Shown here piece after piece: positions 13,729 to 34,608 of a stretch of DNA of 64,000 nucleotides (within the stretch, counting starts at the first letter, position 1; every line of letters starts with the position of its first letter). The DNA comes from Bugula neritina (lineage: Eukaryota; Animalia; Bryozoa). The position numbers were made by a program, and so were the translations under genes. The stretch spans positions 16,584,633-16,648,632 of the forward strand of contig OZ037769.1 in the NCBI GenBank assembly GCA_964035545.1, read 5' to 3'. The notes below the pieces were generated by a model. The model searched no databases, was not told the DNA's origin, and was given only the letters and a program-made list of their open reading frames with translations.

Positions 13729-14854
13729 GCTATCTTGAATTAATACTCATTGCTTCTGAGAGAAGATTTCTACAAAATAACATACACAACTGATTTGTCA
13801 TATGAGTAGTAGTAGGCAGACTAGCAGCTGCAGGTAAATTACTGACAGTGGCAGGTAAACTTACAACTCAGTCAATTAATTAAAAGTTTTTTGAATATTT
13901 ACAGTGAAGCACTTAAAACTGTTGAGAACTCTTTTAATTTGGTTTAGAACCTGCTCTTTTAAAAACCAATGAGTGGTAACTAGTAACTAGTAACTATTAA
14001 CTAATAACCAACAACTGACTGGTGTTACCTGTAAACATAGAGATGGTATAGCATTGAAGTTTCCTACCTCAAATTATTATGAAATGTTACACGTGGAGTG
14101 ACGGAATTTACAATTATTTACTATATCTATATAATATTTAATTTCACCAAAACTTGCATTTGGATATCCACATTGTATAGTTTTATTACTAGATATGTTG
14201 GAATACTCTATCAAAGTGTATATAACAATCTAAACCTGATACTAATTGGTAACTGTGATTAACTATAACTGTACCTTATTGCTGACGCAGATAGACGCTG
14301 CCTTTGCTACTGCCGCCTTGTTCTCTCTCTATTGCCACCTTGTTAGGTCTCTACTGTCACCTTGTTCTCTCCCTACTTTCACCTTGTTATGTCTTTGCTT
14401 TCACCTAGTTGAGTCATCTCTAGTGTCCAAAAGCTATGGAAATTATTAGCTTGATATAGCTTACCCTAGTTCCTATCATTGTGCCCACAGCCCTTCCTAG
14501 GCGTTGTGTTTAAAATTGATTGTATATTAGTGATGGTAGCTAAGGCTACGCTGATAGTGCCCTGATAAGGGTACTATGCAAACATACCCTTGTTTATCAG
14601 GGCATTGTTTTGTGAACTAATATTATATAAGCTATACTCTCCCAATGTGTTATCTCTCTCTACAAGCCACTACAGTATGCTGTATATTACGTATTATAAT
14701 TATAGCAGTGTAATATATTACTCTATTACTATAACAGTGTAATATACTATTATATTACTATATAGCAGTGTATTGTATCAATATATTACTATATAACAGT
14801 GTAATATAGTAATATATGTGTACATTGGTGTTCTCACATTTGTGCTGCAATTTT

Positions 14855-14868
14855 GTTGCTATAGAAAC
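14855..14868. promoter_or_regulatory. RFX X-box
   Basis: GTTGCTATAGAAAC matches GTHNYYATRRNAAC exactly; lies between two divergent orphan genes. Confidence 0.55.
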
Positions 14869-16327
14869 AGTTTGTAAATACAAAAAATGAGAAAATAACA
14901 GCAGTTAGTTGCAATAGAAGGAATTGCCTTTTCACTAAAAAAGAAGTATTCTCAACAAGGTAAAAGTTTTAGGTTGAAAATAAAGAAACATCGCTGCTTC
15001 ATTTACCAGAAAATCATGTGATAAAATTTGTTTAACTTCCATGATATTTTCCCGGAATGAATTTCCATACCTTACTAGATATAGTAAACTAGTCACCTGT
15101 CATCTATAGTTTCTATTGGCTCTTTTCTCTTGTAGCAAACAGGATCATGTCTACATACCAACTCTGTTGTGATGTGAACCGTGAACACACTTTTTATTTA
15201 TATAACTGCATGTGGTTGATTTTAGAAAAGTTGAAGTGGATGAAACTAAATATCTAGAAAAGGAGGAGCATAATAATGATCAGACAAAGTTTTGAAGTTG
15301 TCATTCTAAAGAGAGTCCCGAGCTGCACTCGAATCCGAATTCCTAGAACTAGGCACAAGTATCAATGTGGTGAAATTCTATAACAAATTACCTAAAGTTA
15401 ATTTATAAGAAATATATTTTTACTGAATTAATAGCTGGATTTAGGAATTTTATATATATAAGTTTTCAGTTATTATGTACAACTGCTTTCAAATATACAG
15501 TAATAAATTAATAAAGCGCTTTTGGCATAATGGAATTTAAGCTTCTTTTTTTTTGTGAACAATTAGTAAATTGCATTGAAACCCTAAGCATTAAAGGATG
15601 TAATTTTTATGAACCTGTCAATTCAAATAAATTCTTTGTGGTAACTTTTTGGAACTACACAGCCGTGATACTGCCTAATAACACCAGTTCTGCGTAATAT
15701 ATATTATTGAATATTATCATTAGGTTTTATATTATAGTAATATATCTGTTTTATTGATACCCCATTGATGGTAATATATTTATATAATAACAACATTCAG
15801 GACAACATGGCTTGTAGAGTATAAAAGAAACAAGTCTATATTTAAGCTCACACATATTTTGCATATTTCTCTATAACTCACAGCCACAACTAACAATTCA
15901 ATTAATAACATTGACCCTACATCAATACACTGAACACTAATAAATTATTGTTATTTTAATTTCATGTAGACCGTGGAAATGCTTCAGCTAGGAATTGTAA
16001 ATATTACCGCCTACCCTTGAGACAATCTTTCTGCTATTTATTTAGATTTATTCGTTTTATAAAGCCACTTGATTTGGTTGCCCTATAAATACATACCTGG
16101 AGATTTTACCACTTTAATTTATTAGCTAACATTTTATTATCACCAACACACTTATTTGATAAGTAGTTTATAATGTACCGAGTAGGGCAGCAGGTATGTA
16201 ATGCTGCCGATAAGCTTGGCAGGTGGATTCAGTGCAAACTTATGGCAAACAGCTGATGGTTGCAGAAGGTGCTTGTTGCTTCGACTGTACTTCAGTTTGT
16301 TGAAGGAAGTGAAATCTTAGGGTGGAA

Positions 16328-19300
16328 ATGCCGAGGAGAAAAGAGCCTCCCAAACCAGAGTTTCTGCAGATGATGAGACGACCCTCCATGTCCGAGCTGA
16401 AGGAACCGGTGTTCAGAGTTCAAAGAAGAAATGACATCATATTTGAGAGACAAAACTCTTCAGTAGAGAAGGTAGCCAAGGTCAGCTGTAATCATGTCTT
16501 ACTAGTATGTTATTGTTTAGTTTATTCTATTCACCTGTTTTAAATTTATTTAAACTTAGGTTGTCAAAACAGTAGACTTTATATATTATAATAGATAAAA
16601 CTTGAAAATATTATTTTATTGTCTTGTAGCATTTTACTATTATGTTTCTATTGCAGTATGGATTATTGCATTATATTATTCTACTGTATTATACTATTGA
16701 GTTAAAATATTAGGTTGTATAACTACTAGCTTGTCATGACCCCATGAAACTGGAATAGATTTATTATAAAACATCCCCAGATTGGTAAATGACCGCTAAA
16801 CTGTCATATTTGTTGTATTATTTTAGTGAACTATTATTTATTTCATGTTCACACTAATTGGTTTATATCTTAGACACAGCACCACACTAACAAAATGTAC
16901 AATAAACTGATACTCATACATATAAACATAACTAGAGCTTCAAAGCAAATAAATCTTTATCACAAGTGAAAGGAAACATAGCATTATAATTAAATTCATC
17001 CAAAATTGCAATGTTAGAGAAAGTTATCATTTTGCTATATATAAGGGTAGCATAAGTGTAATAGTCCATATTTTGCCAAGTGGCTGTATTTAAGAGCTAA
17101 GACTACGTGCTGTATAAGCACAGCTTGTCTGCAAAAAAGCTGAAAGCTACAAGTATATCTAACGTTGCCAAAATTATTTTCCCCATAATAGAGGGATGTG
17201 CAAGCTAAGGTTTGACCTTTCTTTTGATCTTCAACCCTATGAACTGCGAGTTTAAGGAAACCACTGCTGCTGTACAAAGGAATGCTATGCTATGCTACAT
17301 CAACAGCATCTATCTGGAAGAGTAGAAGAAGAATGAGGAGATCAGAGACATTGCAGGAGTATAACCAGTGACGGTGTTGGTGAGGAAGAGAAGGTACTGG
17401 AATAGTATGGATATCTACTGTGTGCAGGAGAGACAGATAGGAGGATGTGTTAAAGACAAGAGAAAACGAGGAAAACTAAAGCATCGATGGATGAATGCCA
17501 TAAGATCACAAATGAAATTGAATAGAAAAGACACAATCAGTAAAGTTAGATGAAAACTTGGCTACCAAACCCCAAAAGAACTACAATGAATGCAGTGAGA
17601 ACACAACAATTTAGGTGACATCTGTGCCAACCATTAGCCAATCAGATTATTCTTCCCATTCATTGCAGGTTCAGATGACAGATCATACAAAAAAGCAGAA
17701 GGATTTCAAGAAGGTTCAGATGAGGAAATTTTCGGCTGGTGACGTTCCAGCGCTGGTGAAAGCTCGTAGAAGTTTGAGCAGCTCTTCTAGTATGGTGAGT
17801 CATCATAGAATAAATGCTCATGACAGCTAGTCAAGTTGTTCCATTTTACAGAACTTGAAAAATTATTTACTTTTTTTTGAGTTTATAAAATATCTGCTGT
17901 CATTAAAAATTTTTTAAGATCGTAGTCACTGAGCTTTTGAAAATTAAATTAAATTTTTTGTTTGAAAGTATAATAAATTTTTGAGAAAGTATAATTATTA
18001 GGATAGCTATTGATAGACTATAAGAAGTTGTCTTCTTTGCCTGCAGGATTTAAGGAATATTGATGATGTGTATAAGGAGAATTCTGCAGCTGAAAATGAA
18101 AGTCAGCAAAGAGGCAGCATTTCAACTTTTGCTGCCTTCTTCTTCCACAGAAATTCCTTACAGAATCAGCAGACAGTCCCAGTGAGTGCCATGTAGCAGA
18201 TTTGTTTACAAGTTGCTTAGCAACTCATGCCAGTCACGTGATTGTTTATAATGGACTCATGATTTCCTCATTAAATGAATGTGGAATTCTGATAGATTTT
18301 AGTTTTTTGTGTTATTCTTATATGTACTCTTGTAATGGAAATTCAAAATAATATAACCAATAAGACTATCAATTTTGATCTAATTTGGAAATGTAGCTAA
18401 TTTCAGTTTTACTAAGAAATTAGAAAAGTAACTTTCTATAGAAACTTGTGTTATAAAAAAAAAGAAAAAAACCGTATACATCTCAACTTTATTTTCAATT
18501 AACACTTTGATGGTTTGATTTGCCAGAAGCCCCCAGAGCGAAGGCGGAGTGTGTGGGCTGACCTGAGCGGGCCAAAAGAGTCTAACAGGGCGGTGGCCAT
18601 TAGACAGAGATTGTACAGAGAGTTTAACATGGATCAGAAACGGTCGAGTCACAGACCCTGGTCGCCATCTTACTACAGTGAGTCTGCTGACTCAGATATT
18701 CAGGGGGCGGAGCAGAAAAGACGACAAAGTGTTGCTATGATACAGGAAAGAGAAGGTTCTAGAAGAATGTCTGCACCAGCCTATTTGAAGCCTCTTTCAG
18801 GTGACGTATTCTACTACTAGCAACACTTCATCTCATCATATGGGAGTTGTCGATTTTTACTTGGATGTAGTATAGGAAGTATGTTATTCTTTTACTGAAA
18901 AGGAGTTGTCACACCTATGAATGAACATTTCCTGTGACTTAATGATTTCATAAATGTGTATGTACAACCACTATGGTATATGTTGATTTGTTATTATAAT
19001 AATCATCTGCCATATTGGAGTGAAATAAGAATATTTAAGTGTGACATCATCATTGTGTGACATCATCACAGCATGACATCATATAAGAGTTTTAGTACAT
19101 TTTCTAATGCTTTAATATAGCATAGTATTATATATGATTGTGAAGTATTGGATATTTAAACCTGCTGTGAGCGCCACTACATTTTTCAGGGCTTTTGCTA
19201 GCAAAATGTGGGTCACCCACCACTTCTCTGTGATTGATTCAGCTACTCGGTTACATACATGCTTAGTATAGCACTGCGTTCTTCTCTAACAGATAAACTT

Positions 19301-20265
19301 AGCCCGGAGATGGAAGAGAGAATGGCTTATATCACCGGGAAGGCACCTCGCAGCTCTGTGGTTTCCTCTACAACTGAGAATAGTGTGGAAGGTGACGAGG
19401 TAAGCAGTCCTATTCTATGACTCGTAGACAGGGAGTGAACCCTGAGAGTTGACAGCAAAACTTAGCAACTTTTGTTTTAGCAAATAAGTGTTGGATTGCA
19501 TTTGTAGCTGAAACAATATAGCGTTACATAGTTTATAGTGTTTGAACGAGTGTTTTAGGTAAAAAATAAAAAGCCGCGAGTATTAACCAAGTCAACACTT
19601 AAGTATGAACCAAGTTAATACTTGAGTTTCAACTAAGTCAATACTCATTCTAATGAATACCTAATCTTATCTACACTTAATGTCTGCAAAGTCGATACAC
19701 GTAACATAACTTTCTAATACTACGTGGTAGAATACGGACGTTGACCTATTTAGTCTGACTGACCAATCAGAAGCTACAGAGAGTTACACACAGGATACAG
19801 AAGGAGGGGGAAGGGAGCGAATGCTGACTAGAAGAAGACACTCACAGGCTATGGAGAGCTCAGTGGTAGTTGAGATGCTGCCGCAACGAAGACGCAAAAT
19901 GTCGGAATATTCTCTAAACAGAGTAAGTGTGGAAATTCTGCAGGATCTCTTTTAATGTGCCTAATTGATAGTTACCATAGAATTCTCTCTCAAAGTATTG
20001 TCTAAAACTGTTTCAGCTAGCTACAGGAAATGCTTTAGAGAGATAAAAACAACTGAAGTTTTCTCTGTTCAGCAAGCAGAGTGTGCATAGACACTGGATA
20101 TATATGAATATTTCCTTAAACTTAGAAATAACTATAGAGTTGTCTCCCTACAGCAGGAATTAGCCTCAGAGCCTTGAATACCTTTATCAGATATGTATTG
20201 CGGAAACCTACTTATACTTGCAGGCAGGGACAAGTATTTTACCTCCCCTAGTAGAGAAAACATAG
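16328..20265 (+). CDS. Uncharacterised Arg/Ser-rich disordered protein with many PKA consensus sites, 7 coding exons, ~321 aa
   Basis: Exons 16328-16480, 17669-17794, 18047-18181, 18527-18800, 19293-19399, 19794-19922, 20224-20265 have canonical GT-AG ends and join into one 966-nt frame ending AGTSILPPLVEKT*. Confidence 0.8.
17325..17575 (+). mobile_element. Degenerate 3' fragment of an RTE-clade LINE, intronic
   Basis: Translates with disruptions as NEEIRDIAGV..VLVRKRR..W...KRKRGKLKHRWMNAIRSQM, the typical RTE C-terminal R.RGRP..RW.D motif. Confidence 0.65.
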
Positions 20266-20875
20266 ACTAGGAGTCAACAGAAGGCAGTAACAGTATCTCA
20301 AGCTAAAAGCAAAGTGTCAATATTACTGTGTTGAGTAGCTAATCCAAGCCAGGCGTATATTACATAATGCATATGATACATATGCATTATGTAATATATA
20401 TATATATATTACATAATTTATATATATTTATATAATTATTATAAAGAGACAGTACTTTTTGTTTAAAAAAAAGTAACATGTTTATTTCTCAACTTTTGAA
20501 TGCGCCTATTTTTCTGTAGTTCAAAACAAAACTTAATATTATTAAATAAATCACAATCAAATTGAACAGGTAAAAGTATTTCACTCGACAGGTATATTAG
20601 TAAGTACATAGAGCGTTGAGAAAGAATTGCATAAAATTAAGTAATTTTTGAAAATATAAATAAAAAAATGTTAACTAAACGTCGAAAACAAAATATGAGC
20701 AGTTCAAAAGTTGTATCACAATAAAATTGATATAGTAACCAAAGTTTCAGGAGTTGTGTTCACTACATTTCTATTGATAAGTAGCATAACAGGAGGAGAT
20801 AAGTATATATTCTATAATATGCACAGAACCTCGTTATATAGAGAAGATAACCCCTATAGTATCACATTGTAGCCT

Positions 20876-22771
20876 TTACTCTGAAGGTACATCAACCTTA
20901 AGATCATCGGGGGCGTGTTGGTACCAATCAAACCACGCCCCATCATAGACTGGCACTTCGAGGTTACCCAGCATGTAGCTACTCAAAGCGATGAAACACG
21001 CCGTCACTCCTACAACAACATGAGTGTGTAGTTAGGATTGCTATTCTAGCTGCACATCTTATCACTAATTATTAGATGCGGGGAAATTCTAGTTAATTCA
21101 TAGCAAATCAAAACAGACTGGAAAATTCAAAACTGTTCTATGAATGAGTACAGCAGTTTGGGATTCTTGAGTTTGGAGTTAGGTCCCCCAACTCTAAACT
21201 TGAGAACCCTAAACTACTGCACTTAGTCACCCCCAACTTGGAGCTGCTTGTAGAACAGTTCAGGATATCAACACTAATATATTAGTTACAGATTCTACAC
21301 AATCTACACACAGGTTTTCGGGTTGAGACTAGCCAATGGATGATTAGATTTACAGCTATAATTCTATGTAAAGTCCATCTTGAAAACACCTAAACTTCTG
21401 GGAACTTGGTTATCAATTTTTCTGAGAACTGAAGTATGTGAATCTTAACCCTAGAACCTACCAGAACCACAGGTTGCGACATGGGGTGCCATTGGGTCCA
21501 AACCCGCCTCCTTATAAACTTGAGCGAGTTGTTCGGGAGACTTAAAATGACCGCCTTCAAGAAATTTCATCCAGAACATACACTTGGAATCAGGAATGTG
21601 TCCTGGCTTGATGTCTACAAAATAACATGTGTGTTGTGTACAGTTCCCTGCTAATTGATTTACTTAGCTTGCATTATTTAAAATATATTCCAACTGTGAT
21701 TGATCCTAGTTGTGTGATTTATTACTTCACATACTAACCTTTACGGGGTTCAGGTGCGACACCCTTGAATCTTCCTTCAGATCTGGCATCAACTAGCAAA
21801 AATTTTTTATCAGTAATGTTAGTTTTGATCTGATCTAAAGATTTCACAAGATTCCCGTTGTAGACAGGTTTGAAGTCTGAAAGCGCTTCTGAAGTCACAT
21901 CTCCGGATTCTACTGATCTACCTGCAACAACAAGAAAAGCAACTTCGACTTCAGTCTAATATCTTAGTCTAACTCAAAAATAATCTCTCAGTCGAAGCTT
22001 TTAGTTTAACTCACTTGTAATTAAACTCCTTTTAATTATTAGTATTAATATTTAGTAAATTATGAACTCAAAATGAAAAAATTCAAACCTGAAACTAAAA
22101 AAAAACGGAATGCATTTTATTATTTAAATTTCGGTCAAATGAAATTTAAAAAATATAAATCATACTGACTACTGAGAACAGTGCATGATTACTACAAGTA
22201 CATGCACTCGCAACAAGTTAACTGTAAACTTAAATTGAGTTAAAGTGTAAGCTAGCACAAACTACTAACTCTAAGTTGGAAAACACGACTATTTCTTACC
22301 TTCAGCAACCCATTTCTTCAATCCACCATCAAGAACAAAGACTTCATGAAACCCAAACACTTTGAACATATACCAAGCCCTGGGTGAACTGAACATTCCC
22401 ACTTTTTGGTTGGCATCGTAAACTACAACTTTAGACGATGACAAAACACCCAAACCATCGATACACTCCTGAAATCGGTCTGGTGTAGGAAGCATGTAAG
22501 CATTCGATGTGTTTTTCTCACAACATTCTTTTAAATCTAAGAATTTTGCTCCAGGGATGTGCTTTTCCTTAAATTCAGCCTTGCAATCTCTGGTTTCTCC
22601 AGGCATTGGAATACTGGCGTCTATCACAACTGGACGTGCATCGGAGTCCAACAAAGAAGCTAACTTTTCTGTTGTCATCAAATGAGTGGTAGGACGGCTA
22701 ACAGTTGCATAGTATGCCATCCTGGATTGCGAGATTAAACTTTTAACACCTAACGCTGAAATCCTGTGCAT
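20876..22771 (-). CDS. MPST: 3-mercaptopyruvate sulfurtransferase (tandem rhodanese, MPST/TUM1 type), 4 coding exons, ~313 aa
   Basis: Exons 22300-22771, 21739-21921, 21462-21614, 20876-21009 (942 nt). Motifs: HIPGA, VVVYD, SPRAWYMFKVFG, LDGGLKKW, LVDARSEGRFKGVAPEPR, GHIP, active-site loop CGSGVTAC (MPST-type, not the CRKGVT of TST), VYDGAWFDW. Confidence 0.93.
21131..21260. mobile_element. Small fold-back element (MITE-like) in the last MPST intron
   Basis: Outer inverted repeat aactgttcta/tagaacagtt and an inner 36-bp stem at 21148-21222; a related copy is at 53657-53764. Confidence 0.6.
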
Positions 22772-22899
22772 CTGGAAACATACACTGCTTTGTAATGAAT
22801 GGCATCATTCTTACATTGACAATATCATTTATACAATTACTTGTAAGCAATTCATATCAACACACGCATGCCTAATATTGTATTCCGGGTCACGAAAAC

Positions 22900-23010
22900 C
22901 TAGGCTCCTCCCTTGTATAAAAAAGACTGCTGTGATTAGCGTGTTGAGATGCTCCGCCTACTCATACTCCGCCCTAAACTACTCGTGGTTTGTGGCCTTG
23001 AACTTGCACA
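22900..23010. promoter_or_regulatory. Probable bidirectional promoter for MPST and DUS2
   Basis: Two GC-box-like ctccgcc motifs (~22952 and ~22967) in a locally GC-richer patch between two divergent ATGs ~0.9 kb apart; both ATGs sit just after splice acceptors. Confidence 0.5.
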
Positions 23011-23660
23011 TTTAAACTGAAGTCGCTAATTTTTTAATTATCACACTGATGGCCAACTAATAGTAATACTTATACTTATACTAATACTAAGTCTAATAAT
23101 ATTAAAATATTATGTTTATTTTGTAATATTTGTATTGTCTCAATTATATATTAAATAATATGGTTAATAATGATTTTGATGTTATTAGTCATTAACCGTT
23201 GGCATTACCGTCACGCGTATTCTAAATTAAATTAGAAATTGAAGTTTGAAAGATAAAATTTTATTTTAAATTAAAATTCAAATTGAAATGCAAATTGAAA
23301 ATAAATCAAATGGTTTAAGTTGCTCTTCCAAGTTTATTAGTTTATATAATATGCACTAATTACATAGTGACAGTCATATTTGCTATTTATATTAGCATTA
23401 CTATTACTGTATTAGTATTAACTATCAAGTATAGTATTACTATTAGTATTACTATTAGAGTAATAGTATAACTATTAATAGTACTTTAGTAGTATTAGTA
23501 TGAGTATTACTATTATAATTAGTCAAGGTTCTGTTTCTGTGACTACTGGTACTGGTACCAATTTCTTGTAAAACTAAGTCTTCAAATTCACCACTTTTTA
23601 CTAATCCATAGCTACTTTTAGAGGTTTATGTAAAAGCCTGTATCTCTTGCAGCTGATTGA

Positions 23661-31267
<7,607 letters not shown>

Positions 31268-32050
31268 CCTTAGATGACCTTTGACATGATAGAGAGGCTG
31301 ACCTTTGACATGATAGAGAGGCTGAAACAGCAAACATTGGACATTCCATAGCAGAGTGGCAAACACTTTGCAGGAGTTGTCTGTACAAAGTAACTCTCAG
31401 CAGAATATGATGAGAAAGAGAGTAACTCCTGTTGTGCATGTAGATTTTGTATATTTTTAATTTCTACTGACAGAGCAGAGCAGGTGGTGCGTTTAGCTGC
31501 TCTCTAGATGTATATGTGTATATACTTTTACTTCTGTGTAGATACACAGCTGGATTTACTAACGTAGTATTATGTTATGTACAGCCAAGTTTTATCTTTA
31601 ATATGTTTATTACAAATATAGCATACATGTGCATTTCCATGAATATGGTGTGCTATTTATAGACGATGTCTTCTGTATTGTTGATGTTGGTAATAAGCAT
31701 AGTTTAGCACTAATAAGCATATTCTGTAGTAAGCACTGTATAGCTGCAACTGAAAGAAATTGAATTGGAGTTCTCAATGAGAAGTCTCAATAGAAAGCTT
31801 GTTGAAGTAGTATACCAGATGGTTTATTTTACTATTGGCTATCATTCATACGACATGATTAATGTTATCATTTCAAAAAATTAAAATTCATTCTGACAGT
31901 ATAACCATAATTATGTAAAAATAGAATTTGCCCCTGGAAAGGGTTGTCTGCTGTATATCCAAAGGCCCGAGTTCTACGATAAACTAAGGTCATAGATAGG
32001 GAAGGCCTGCACCGTCTTCGTACTGAATATGTCTGATGTGTTCCCGCTAT

Positions 32051-34608
32051 TCATACAACGATATGGGGCGGTTCATGTCCGTGATGAGAGAGTCTAGATG
32101 CAGCATGGGCGCTAGCGTTACGCAATGCTGACTCACGCTGTCGCAGCAGCGTCCAGTCGTACACATAGTCATACTGAAAGTTGAGGGCTTTGAAGAGAAT
32201 GCGGAAGAGTTGTCTCAGGAAAATGTAATCTGGTTCCTCGTCAAACTGAAGGCCGCGGCAGTAGTTGAGATACATCCCGAACTCAGCTGGGTAACCCTAC
32301 AAACAGGTGGAACATAGTCTTAGTCGTTGGTACATAGTCTAAACAGTGGAACATAGTCTAAGTTTTTGGTACACAGTCTAAACAGTGGAACATAGTCTAA
32401 GTTGTTGGTACATAGTCTAAACAGTGGTAATGGGGTCTAAGCAGATATAACATGGTATAGGCTGTTGGAACACACTCTAAGTAGTTGAGAAACACTCTAC
32501 AGAGTTGTAACACAGTCTAAACCATATGACATGAAGCACTAAAGTTATTCTATAGGCAGCTCAAAGCTGGGGGTGAAGGATGTATTTAATTTCGAAGCTT
32601 CAAACTAAAATTACCCTTCCCCCAACTGGGTGCTACACTTGCTCATCAACTCTGACGTACAGCAAAGAGAAAATTTCTAGTTAATAAATTCTAAATGTTG
32701 GCATTTTGAAGACACGCCAGCCCTGTCACTCATCCTGGCACTGATGTGGGGTTAGCTGGAACTGGTAAACTGTGCAGGGCTCAGTATTGTAATTACTAGA
32801 CAGAGTGTTCAGTAACTGAACACAGAATTCGAGTAACTAAACACAAGATGAGAGGAAATACAACATCTGTTCTATTATTAGAATAAGCTGCTAGGTGTAA
32901 CGGCATGTGTTATTTTGCTGGCCACTCCCATCCATTATTTCTCAACCAACAGGAAATCAATCAAATTTATTATTAAGCCCAGACCATTAATTTTCCAATC
33001 AACTGCTACAGTCACGGTAAAGAAAGATGCAACAACCAACAGTGTATACGTGCTGAGGAATAACACAATAGTACTGCTCACTGTGGACTTAACAAATAAA
33101 TACTGAGGTATATTCATAAGATGTGTGATAATTTTTTTTATATAAATGCATAAATCAATAAGTTAGTGAAAATATCAAATAAACTTTAAAGGAGGTTGGA
33201 GAAAATGTTTTCAAACTATTTAACAATAAAAACAATAGCAGGGGCTTAGTTAGCGTGAAGTACAGTGAAAGACTGGAGTGAGGTACAGTGAAAGACTGGA
33301 GTGCATGTGAATGTACCAGTTGGGTGGTGCAATATTAGAGGTAATTAATTCTATATGTAATCCCCTTGGAAGAGATAGATTCAGTGCAGTGTGAGTAACT
33401 GTTTTATAGTTAATTGTGTAAGTAGCTGTATATATGAGACATGACTACATGCATGTACACTACTTAGGTGTATATACATACTTACACATGTAAGCATATT
33501 AGCAATCCCTATAGGTGTACACTACATACGTGGACATACACTACATACGTGGACATACACTACATACTTGGACTGCAACTTTTGCTGTGCACTAACCTCT
33601 TCAATAACCGAGGGCACTTAAAATCCTAAATTCATGTCTTATTAAAGATAAATATTTATAAATAAATAGTCTTTATGCTCTACTGACAGGAGAGAATAAT
33701 TATTCTGCAGTTACCATGTAGTTTATCTCTTTCTTTACAACTTTTTAATTACAAGCCACTTTTTTCCCCGGTTTTCAATTTGCACACCAAGCCAGGACAT
33801 ACTGTGTGAAGGAAAGATACCCTACAGTTAAACTCACCAACACACTCACCCTGCATAAGGTTTCCACACCTGTAGACAGCTTCTTCTCGCTAATCTTGTC
33901 GTATTTCTGTTTTTTAGTTCCCGCCTTTAGCCCCTGCCAGGGGAGGTTACCTTTACAGAAGTACATAAACACATAGCCTAAGGATTCCATATCGTCCCTA
34001 CGGCTTTGCTCAACCCCTAGATGAGTGTTGATACTGGCGTACCGCGCCGTCCCCGTCAGACTCTTGTCTTCCCGATACGGAATATGCTGATGAGTTCTCG
34101 AGTCTCGAAACTTCTTAGCTAAACCGAAGTCAACTGCAAACACTTTGTTACATTGCCTGCCGACCCCCATAAGGAAATTGTCTGGTTTGATGTCTCTATG
34201 GATAAACCCTTTTTTATGTATGTACTGTACTCTTTGTATTAGCTGATCAGCCAACATTAGTGTAGACTTCAGTGTTAACCTACGGGAACAGTAGTTAAAC
34301 AGGTCTTCCAGACTGGGTCCTAGCAGGTCCATTACTAACACGTTGTAGTCATTTTCCTGGCCGTAGTATCTCACCCTCGGGATACCTTGACCCCCCTGTA
34401 ACAGCTTGTACAGTTTACTTTCATAATGTAGCTGAGGGTGTCGCGTCAGACTAGACTCCATTTTGACTGCCACTTCCTCTCCGGTCTGTATGTTTACTGC
34501 CATGTATATCTCACCAAAGGATCCGGCTCCTAACTTCTTACAAATTCGGTATTTTTCAGCAATATAGAAGTTTGCTCTGGAACATTTTGCTCCTGGTGTG
34601 TCGGACAT
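32051..34608 (-). CDS. CSNK1A1: Casein kinase I alpha-like kinase, 2 coding exons, ~334 aa
   Basis: Exons 33850-34608 and 32051-32296 join in phase 0. Motifs: [122 protein letters not shown]; short alpha-type tail. Confidence 0.92.
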
